Positions 26,014 to 32,000 of a DNA stretch of 32,000 nucleotides are shown here, one piece after another. Source of the stretch: Moraxella nasicaprae. Lineage in GTDB: Bacteria > Pseudomonadota > Gammaproteobacteria > Pseudomonadales > Moraxellaceae. Position 1 is the first letter of the stretch. Each line of letters begins with the position of its first letter. Location of the stretch: the NCBI RefSeq assembly GCF_025643275.1, contig NZ_CP089977.1, positions 1,950,001 to 1,982,000 on the forward strand. The letters run 5' to 3'. A program made the translations under genes and the position numbers. The notes under the pieces were generated by a model. That model searched no databases and had not been told where the DNA came from. It saw nothing but the letters and a program-made list of their open reading frames with translations.

Positions 26014-26892
26014 ATGCCATCAATACACCAGTCTGTTAGCATGACAAACACCGCTGATGGTCAGATTCCTGATGAGATTTTGGGTGAGATGACAGGCATT
26101 ACCTATCAAGACCAGCAACGCATCACCAGATTGTGCGTGCGTTGTGCGTTGCTGTTCATGCAGTATGGTGGCGAATCTGCGGTGGTGGTTGATTTGACCA
26201 AGCGTCTGGGCGTGGCATTGGGGGTAAATGGGGTTGAATGCGGTTTGTCATTCAATGCCGTCACGCTGACCACCATCTACCAAGGTCGCTGTATCACGAC
26301 GGTGCGAAATACGGTGCATCAAGGCATCAATGTGAGTATTTTGGTACAAATCCAGCAAATTGTGATGCAAGCAGAAGCGACACGCCAGCAAAATCATGCG
26401 GTATCTGTATCATTGATTGGGCAAATTGAAACAGCATTTGACCAGATGGATAGGACGACTTATCCTAATGCCTTAATGGCGTTATTTGTCGGTTTATCTT
26501 GTGCCTGTTTTGCTTATCTGAATGGCGGTGGCTTGGCGATTTCAGCGATTACTTTGGTGGCAGGATTTGTTGCCATGAGAATGCGTCTTTACTTATCCGC
26601 CCATCATTTCAATCCATTTGTGGTGGTCATCATCACGGCATTTGTGGCGACTTTACTGGGTGCGTTTGCCTACTTTTTCAAATTGGGCGACAATGCTGAT
26701 ATTGCGGTGGCGGCAAGCGTGTTGCTACTTGTGCCTAGTTTTCCCATCATCAACTCACTTTCCGACATTCTAAAAGGCTACATCAATATGGGCGTGGGGC
26801 GATGGATGTTTGCCACGATGCTGACTTTGTCTGCTTGTGTGGGTATTGTGATTGCACTGATTTTATTACAGATTCCACATTGGGGGCTTTGA
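26014..26892 (+). CDS. ThrE/YjjP-family (DUF1212) exporter subunit
   Basis: RLCVRCALLFMQYGGES, followed by C-terminal hydrophobic segments. The start is uncertain: ATG 26014 follows AGGA, and ATG 25963 is an alternative. Confidence 0.75.
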   Translation: MPSIHQSVSMTNTADGQIPDEILGEMTGITYQDQQRITRLCVRCALLFMQYGGESAVVVDLTKRLGVALGVNGVECGLSFNAVTLTTIYQGRCITTVRNTVHQGINVSILVQIQQIVMQAEATRQQNHAVSVSLIGQIETAFDQMDRTTYPNALMALFVGLSCACFAYLNGGGLAISAITLVAGFVAMRMRLYLSAHHFNPFVVVIITAFVATLLGAFAYFFKLGDNADIAVAASVLLLVPSFPIINSLSDILKGYINMGVGRWMFATMLTLSACVGIVIALILLQIPHWGL

Positions 26893-27344
26893 TGGATTTT
26901 ATCCAAGACATTATATTATCTTGCATCATCACTTTGGGTTGGTGCTTGATGTTCACGCTACCAAGACGGTATATTGGGCATTGCATGGTTATTACGGCAT
27001 TGGGTTTTGGTTCTAGGCTGGTGATGACGCATTTTGGGGTGCATTTGGCGGTGGCGACTTTTTTTGGTTCGATGTTTGCCAGCTTTTTGGGGGTATATTT
27101 TGCTCAGCGATACCGTTTACCGCCTAAGGCATTGATTGTGCCGAGTTTAATCTGCATGATGCCTGGTATCGCCGCCTACAAAGCGATGGTGAGCATGGTG
27201 CAAATTGGCTATTTTGGCTTTTCGATGGAGTTATTTGTCCTGATGATGTCGTATTTTTTTGATGCAATTTTTGTGATTTCGGCATTGGTGTTAGGCTTAT
27301 CCATTCCAGGCATTCTTTTTTATCGCCGTAAGCCGATTGTTTGA
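26892..27344 (+). CDS. ThrE-family YjjB-like (DUF3815) membrane subunit
   Basis: 150 aa with 4-5 hydrophobic segments. Its ATG overlaps the upstream TGA (TGATG), the usual yjjP-yjjB pairing. Confidence 0.75.
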   Translation: MDFIQDIILSCIITLGWCLMFTLPRRYIGHCMVITALGFGSRLVMTHFGVHLAVATFFGSMFASFLGVYFAQRYRLPPKALIVPSLICMMPGIAAYKAMVSMVQIGYFGFSMELFVLMMSYFFDAIFVISALVLGLSIPGILFYRRKPIV

Positions 27345-27407
27345 CAAACCGTCCATCATTTCGTCTTATTTTTTTGTGCAAAAAATAGCCAAAAATTCAA
27401 TTTGTCA

Positions 27408-27436
27408 TTGCAATATGCACACATTTGCCGTATAAT
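27408..27436 (+). promoter_or_regulatory. Sigma70-type promoter TTGCAA - 17 nt - TATAAT for the RHH gene
   Basis: -35 at 27408-27413 and -10 at 27431-27436. It lies inside the ORF-track start (27402), which supports the downstream ATG at 27462 or 27468. Confidence 0.55.
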
Positions 27437-27461
27437 TGCCAGCTTTTTAGTATGTAGGAAC

Positions 27462-27644
27462 ATGACGATGACTCAGCAAGCCGATCACGAAAAACAAACC
27501 ACTTTTAATATGCGTGTGGATAAAAACTTGGTGGAGCAATTTAAGCAGGCGGCTCGTGCCAATAATCGTACCGCCAGCCAGCTGTTGCGTGATTGCATGA
27601 TTGATTATGTTAAGAAAAATCGCCAAGCAGACATGTTTAAATGA
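27462..27644 (+). CDS. Small ribbon-helix-helix (CopG/Arc/MetJ-type) DNA-binding protein, antitoxin-like, with no partner gene
   Basis: TTFNMRVDKNLVEQFKQAARANNRTASQLLRDCMIDYV fits a beta-strand/helix/helix RHH pattern. It is 60 aa. Confidence 0.65.
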   Translation: MTMTQQADHEKQTTFNMRVDKNLVEQFKQAARANNRTASQLLRDCMIDYVKKNRQADMFK

Positions 27645-27658
27645 TTCATGTATCAAAC

Positions 27659-27687
27659 AAAAAAGCACCCAAATCAGGTGCTTTTTT
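27659..27687. terminator. Bidirectional terminator between the RHH gene and convergent roxA
   Basis: AAAAGCACC (27661-27669) pairs with GGTGCTTTT (27677-27685) across a 7-nt loop, flanked by A- and T-runs. Confidence 0.85.
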
Positions 27688-27697
27688 ACTTGGTTTT

Positions 27698-28858
27698 TTA
27701 AACCAAAATCAGCCAATTATCGTTGAGCCAAGTTGTCAGGCTGGTCAGGATTTCTTTGCCATCAATATCATCAATGGCAATCGCATCGCCTGAGGTTAGC
27801 GTTTGTAATAGTGATAATTCTTGCTCATTTAGACAGATATTTTCGCCATTGATGAACCACTGACCCTGATGATGTACAAATCGACAAGCAGGATTGAGCA
27901 TCAGGCATTCGCCATCGTTGAGTCGGTCGGACAGCTCATCATCACTAAGCTCATCTTCAAAAGATAGCAACTCATATTGGCGTTTGCTGACCAATTCGGC
28001 AACCGCCTGAGTGATGATGGCGTCTCCTTTGTCGCTATTTAGGGTAGCAAGCAGTTCGTTTTTGATGGCATTGATGCTTTCTTTGCTCAATTCAAAAGCG
28101 TCCGCTTGGTAACTTTGTGGCAAAGTCATCACGGTAAACAGCTCGCTTTGCGTGGTGGCGACATCAGCGATTTCATCAATGACTTGCACCAAATTTGGAC
28201 GGCGAAAACCAAATGAGAAGGTAAGACAGTCATCTTGGGCGATGCCGTGATGGCTTAGGCGTGGCGGTACATACAGCACATCGCCAGCTTCTAGCACTTC
28301 ATCAAAAATAATCTCGCCCATGTCATCTAGCAGGCGAATGGGCTGACCTGCCACAAATGGCGTGCCAGCATCGCACATTTTGCCCAGTTGCCAACGGCGA
28401 GACCCATAACCTTGTGCCAAAAAGACATCATATTCATCATAGTGAGCCCCGACCGAGCCGCCTTTTGGGGCGACAGAGACCATGATGTCGTCTTGTTGCC
28501 ATTTTGGAATAAAATCAAAGGCTTGCCACAGTTCGCCCAGCTCAGGCGACCATTGTTCCAGATTTTGCACCAAAATCGTCCATAGGGTTGGTGTACTATC
28601 GATGTCATCTTCACTCAGTGGCGATGATTTTAGCGACCACTGCATGGGATTATCGTCATGCTGACTGATGAGGCGTGCAGATACCCCATCTTCTACCGCC
28701 AAGCCCAGCACATCATCAGGCTCAAACATGCCCACCAAAGCAGGCAAGCCTTGTTTAATCAATAAAGGTTTTTTTTGCCAATATTCAGCAAGGAAAATCT
28801 CTGGCGTGATTCCCTCTGGCAGGCAAAATTGATTTAGTGTTTCGTGAAGGTTGTTCAT
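27698..28858 (-). CDS. roxA: JmjC/cupin ribosomal oxygenase, RoxA (YcfD)-like uL16 arginine hydroxylase
   Basis: FLAEYWQKKPLLIKQ start. The Fe(II) facial triad is in GGSVGAHYDEYDVFLAQGYG (HxD) and LYVPPRLSHHG (distal His). The length, with a C-terminal winged-helix-like part, fits YcfD. Confidence 0.75.
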   Translation of the reverse strand: MNNLHETLNQFCLPEGITPEIFLAEYWQKKPLLIKQGLPALVGMFEPDDVLGLAVEDGVSARLISQHDDNPMQWSLKSSPLSEDDIDSTPTLWTILVQNLEQWSPELGELWQAFDFIPKWQQDDIMVSVAPKGGSVGAHYDEYDVFLAQGYGSRRWQLGKMCDAGTPFVAGQPIRLLDDMGEIIFDEVLEAGDVLYVPPRLSHHGIAQDDCLTFSFGFRRPNLVQVIDEIADVATTQSELFTVMTLPQSYQADAFELSKESINAIKNELLATLNSDKGDAIITQAVAELVSKRQYELLSFEDELSDDELSDRLNDGECLMLNPACRFVHHQGQWFINGENICLNEQELSLLQTLTSGDAIAIDDIDGKEILTSLTTWLNDNWLILV

Positions 28859-29007
28859 AATTAACTCGTGATATTGGATTTGTGCCTAGTGTAACAAGTT
28901 TTTGGCATAAAACCAATAAAAAAGCTTAAAAGTCATGGTAAATTTAGCGTCTTTTCTTTATAATGGCGGGTATCTATCAATAATTTTTTTGACAATAAAG
29001 GTTGATT

Positions 29008-30108
29008 ATGTCTGAACATGACGATTTGGCAGAGCAAGAATTTGATTATGCAATGAGCGAAAATGGCGAGCTGACCCAAGCAGATATTGCAGCATTGTAT
29101 GCTGAGCTTGCTGAGGCAGAAAATGCCTTAGTTACCATTCGTGATTTTATCCGTTTTGTCGTAACAAAACTGCGTCAATATGATGTCGTGGTGGCACAAG
29201 GCACAACCGATGAATTTGCCGAAGCGGCGGCGATTGTACTGCATTCGTTATCATTGGAGTGGTCAGCTGATGAGCAGATTTTGGAATGTAAACTTACGCC
29301 CAGCGAAAAACAAGAAGTGCTGACCTTGTTGTCTGAACGCATCATTCAGCGTAAGCCGTTGTCTTATTTGATTAACTTAGCGTATTTTTGTAATTTGCCA
29401 TTTTATGTGGACGAGCGAGTTTTGATACCTCGTTCCCCGATTGCCGAGCTGATTAACCAAAAATTCTATCCATACTTTGATGTCGATGATGCCAAAAAAT
29501 CAGAATTTTTCCAACATGGATTGGCAGAAAAACAACTGTCCGCCCCAGAAAGGATTCTTGATTTGTGCACAGGTTCTGGCTGTATCGCCATCGCTCTTGC
29601 TAAGGCATTTCCTGACGCCAATGTGGACGGAGCAGATATTGATAAAGACGCCTTAGAAGTGGCGTGGACGAATGTTGAGCATCATGAGATTGAACATCAG
29701 GTCAATCTTTTAGAGAGTGATTTATTTGCCAAAATCCCTGCTGAAAATCAGTATGAACTCATCGTCACCAACCCGCCTTATGTGGATGCAGCTGTGATGG
29801 CAGAACTACCACCAGAGTTCTTGCACGAGCCAGAACACGCCTTGGCAGCAGGGCAAGATGGTTTGGATTTGGTGCATCAGATTTTGTACCATGCCCCTGA
29901 TTATCTAACCCCTGACGGCTTGCTTGTGTGCGAGGTGGGCGATAGTGAATGGGCGTTGCGTCAAGCCTATCCTGAGATTCAGTTTGAATGGCTCAACTTT
30001 GAAAAAGGCGGTAGTGGTATTTTTGCCATCGATTATGAAGAGTTGATGGAATATCGTGATGAATTTGCCCGCCAAGTAGAGCGAGTGACAGGTGTAGCAT
30101 TAGCGTGA
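29008..30108 (+). CDS. prmB: 50S ribosomal protein uL3 glutamine N5-methyltransferase PrmB, with an acidic N-terminal extension
   Basis: FYVDERVLIPRSPIAELI, DLCTGSGCIAIALA, IVTNPPYV, HEPEHALAAG and LVCEVG align with what I remember of E. coli PrmB. About 40 extra acidic residues sit at the N-terminus. Start at the ATG after AAAGG. Confidence 0.88.
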   Translation: MSEHDDLAEQEFDYAMSENGELTQADIAALYAELAEAENALVTIRDFIRFVVTKLRQYDVVVAQGTTDEFAEAAAIVLHSLSLEWSADEQILECKLTPSEKQEVLTLLSERIIQRKPLSYLINLAYFCNLPFYVDERVLIPRSPIAELINQKFYPYFDVDDAKKSEFFQHGLAEKQLSAPERILDLCTGSGCIAIALAKAFPDANVDGADIDKDALEVAWTNVEHHEIEHQVNLLESDLFAKIPAENQYELIVTNPPYVDAAVMAELPPEFLHEPEHALAAGQDGLDLVHQILYHAPDYLTPDGLLVCEVGDSEWALRQAYPEIQFEWLNFEKGGSGIFAIDYEELMEYRDEFARQVERVTGVALA

Positions 30109-30117
30109 GCAAATATG

Positions 30118-30153
30118 ACCGCCTACTGATGGTGAGTTTGGTAGGCGGTTTTG
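30118..30153 (+). terminator. Hairpin with a short T-tract after prmB
   Basis: ACCGCCTAC (30118-30126) pairs with GTAGGCGGT (30141-30149), followed by TTT. Confidence 0.6.
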
Positions 30154-30181
30154 GTCGTATTTGTGCGATTGGTTATTTGTG

Positions 30182-30955
30182 ATGAGTTCTTTGTCCAGAC
30201 ATCAACATTATCAGTTGTTAAATTTGCTTGGTTATGGATTGGCAAAATTTAATCGTGATTTTATCCAGCAGTTCAACTGCACCAATAAAGAGCAATTTTA
30301 TCAATATTTTGTAGATTTTGGCATTGTAGAGACCAAAAGTGTGGTTAAAAATCGCCAAGATTTATTTGATCCATATTTTGATAATGGTCGTCAAGGTTGG
30401 TGGCAGAAAAAAGAGGTCTATGAGCATAGAAAGATTTTAATTGATGGATTGTTTGGCAATGAAAATGTCATTGGCTATGCCAACATTATTAAACTGATTT
30501 TGCAGAATGAGTATCAGATTGATGATTTCTTGATTAAGGAAGATATAGAGCCAATCATACAATCCAAATTCAAAAAGATGCAAGAAACTGGTTTGGAAGC
30601 TGAACTTTATTTTATGCAGAATTATCAAAATATTGGGTTATTTAGTAATGGAGTTTTGCAAGACGCACGATTATTTGGCGATGGCTATGATTTTCAAATC
30701 AAAACAGGTTCAAATAATTATTTAGCGGAAGTCAAAGGCATTCGCCAAAATCAGGGTAAAATTCGCTTGACTGAAAATGAGTACATCAAAGCCTGCGAGT
30801 ATAAAAATGATTATATTCTGACTTTGGTGCTAAACTTAAATGAAATCCCAAGATTTTTGACGATTGAAAATCCAATTCATCAATTAAATTTTAAAGAAGT
30901 AATGTTGCAATCCAAACCGATTAAAGAATATCATTTGGAGCGTGAGATATGCTGA
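30182..30955 (+). CDS. Uncharacterised two-domain protein: unknown N-terminal domain plus DUF3883-like PD-(D/E)xK nuclease core
   Basis: The C-terminal half reads TGLEAELYF ... GDGYDFQI ... YLAEVKG ... LTENEYIKA ... YILTLV ... IENP. This is the E / D / E-x-K layout and flanking pattern I associate with DUF3883 restriction-endonuclease-fold domains. It is AT-rich relative to its neighbours. Start at ATG 30182; the ORF-track start is a TTG at 30161. No clear RBS. Confidence 0.7.
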   Translation: MSSLSRHQHYQLLNLLGYGLAKFNRDFIQQFNCTNKEQFYQYFVDFGIVETKSVVKNRQDLFDPYFDNGRQGWWQKKEVYEHRKILIDGLFGNENVIGYANIIKLILQNEYQIDDFLIKEDIEPIIQSKFKKMQETGLEAELYFMQNYQNIGLFSNGVLQDARLFGDGYDFQIKTGSNNYLAEVKGIRQNQGKIRLTENEYIKACEYKNDYILTLVLNLNEIPRFLTIENPIHQLNFKEVMLQSKPIKEYHLEREIC

Positions 30956-31197
30956 CTTTTGGGCAGAAAAAAGCATTATTCTTTAAATGCTTAAATGATA
31001 AAAATGGTTCTTATGGCGACATCATTCGTGATGAAGTGATGTTTTATTTTGATGATTTGGAAAATGATTTGGGCTTCTTGGATAAATATCAATCACAAGA
31101 AGAGATAGGTCATTTTACCAATATGTTGATTTCAAAAATCATCATGAATGAACATCAAGACAGTTTAGAAAATATCCTTATGTATTATTGTCAGTAA
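30949..31197 (+). CDS. 82-aa acidic hypothetical protein, translationally coupled to the nuclease-like gene
   Basis: The ATG lies 8 nt after GGAG and overlaps the upstream stop by 7 nt (ATGCTGA). By my count there are 14 D/E against 7 K/R. I see no recognisable motif. Confidence 0.55.
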   Translation: MLTFGQKKALFFKCLNDKNGSYGDIIRDEVMFYFDDLENDLGFLDKYQSQEEIGHFTNMLISKIIMNEHQDSLENILMYYCQ

Positions 31198-31505
31198 TTT
31201 TCCACCATGAAAATTCTTTCAAACAAAGATATGTCATTTGGGTTATCACACTAGATGGTCAAATTCTAACTTCAAAAGTTTGTCAAGAGAACGGCAAAGC
31301 CCTAATGACCAACCCAAATTCTGCATTGGCTGATTGGTTGTTACGCCAATGATTGAATTTAAAAGAAGGCGAATTGGCAGGTAATGAACGACTAGAATTG
31401 ATGGATTGTGATAGTGTCATTATTACCAAAATTGATGCAAATAAATATGTAATTAATAAGGCCAAATTTGGTAGTTATGAAACTTTTATTGAACAGTTAA
31501 AGTGA
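31170..31505 (+). pseudogene. Reading frame of about 110 codons interrupted by one in-frame TGA (31350-31352) and lacking an ATG start
   Basis: My translation is ...[99 protein letters not shown]. It looks protein-like on both sides of the stop. The only candidate start is TTG 31188. Confidence 0.4.
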
Positions 31506-31512
31506 GTATATT

Positions 31513-32000
31513 ATGTCAGGCAACACCATTGGAAAATTATTTACCGTAACCACCTGTGGCGAGTCGCACGGTGTGGGTTTGATGGCGATTGTGGACGGTG
31601 TACCGCCCAATTTGCCACTCACCGAAGAAGATTTGCAAATTGAATTGGATAGAAGAAAACCCGGCACTTCCAAATTTGCCACGCAACGAAAAGAAGATGA
31701 TAAGGTAGAAATCATCTCTGGCGTGTTTGAAGGCAAAACGACTGGCACACCCATTGGACTACTTATCCGTAACACCGACCAAAAGTCCAAAGATTATGGC
31801 AACATTGCAACAACCTTTCGCCCCAATCACGCCGATTATGCCTACACGATGAAATATGGCTTTCGGGATTATCGGGGCGGTGGGCGTTCGTCTGCACGAG
31901 AGACGGCAATGCGTGTGGCGGCAGGGGCGATTGCCAAAAAGTATCTTAAAGAACGCTTAGGCATTGTCATTCGTGGCGTTGTTACCCAAATTGGCACGGA
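31513..32000 (+). CDS. aroC: Chorismate synthase, 5' part; continues beyond the window end
   Basis: My translation is [51 protein letters not shown]...[24 protein letters not shown], the diagnostic AroC N-terminus. It is not in the ORF track because it is open-ended. Confidence 0.93.
   Translation, partial: MSGNTIGKLFTVTTCGESHGVGLMAIVDGVPPNLPLTEEDLQIELDRRKPGTSKFATQRKEDDKVEIISGVFEGKTTGTPIGLLIRNTDQKSKDYGNIATTFRPNHADYAYTMKYGFRDYRGGGRSSARETAMRVAAGAIAKKYLKERLGIVIRGVVTQIGT

Noticed and set aside
31350-31352. The in-frame TGA as selenocysteine or programmed readthrough
   Set aside because: I saw no SECIS-like hairpin immediately downstream, and there is no redox-type Cys/Sec context. Pseudogenisation or a sequencing error is the simpler explanation.
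30135-31480. 8-bp match TTTGGTAG at 30137-30144 and 31466-31473 as possible target-site duplication flanking the insertion
   Set aside because: It is only 8 bp. The left copy is part of the prmB terminator stem and the right copy lies inside the interrupted ORF. This is consistent with chance.
31283-31790. Minus-strand ORFs of 60 aa (31283-31465) and 97 aa (31497-31790)
   Set aside because: The second is antisense to the unmistakable aroC N-terminus. The first is antisense to the interrupted plus-strand frame, which looks more protein-like.

Overview
The window looks like a chromosomal segment from a gammaproteobacterium, probably Moraxellaceae (Moraxella, Psychrobacter or Acinetobacter type). 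That guess rests only on gene content and fusion architecture: RNase HI fused to DnaQ, TyrA fused to AroA, and a rubredoxin-esterase pair. No rRNA, tRNA, CRISPR array, IS element or integrase was seen. Most of the window is housekeeping. It encodes nudC, rnhA-dnaQ, a TrmB-like methyltransferase with an HI0933-family flavoprotein, an ABC1/UbiB-like kinase, purD, rubredoxin plus an alpha/beta hydrolase, pheA, tyrA-aroA, rarD, folB, dusB, yacG (59 aa, absent from the ORF track), yjjP/yjjB-type exporter genes, roxA, prmB and the 5' part of aroC. Two regions stand out. (1) 30109-31512 is an AT-rich insertion that splits the normally contiguous prmB-aroC junction. It carries a 257-aa protein with an unrecognised N-terminal domain and a DUF3883-like PD-(D/E)xK nuclease core. 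An 82-aa strongly acidic ORF overlaps its end by 7 nt, and a third ORF is broken by one in-frame TGA. I consider this the best candidate for an undescribed nuclease-based defence or toxin-immunity module. (2) 17551-23892 is a tyrosine/homogentisate catabolic cluster (LysR regulator, hppD, FAH-family hydrolase, maiA). It has no canonical homogentisate 1,2-dioxygenase. A 181-aa single-module VOC metalloenzyme and an NhaC-family transporter sit in the cluster instead. All functional calls come from motifs I recognise in the translations. No database search was possible.
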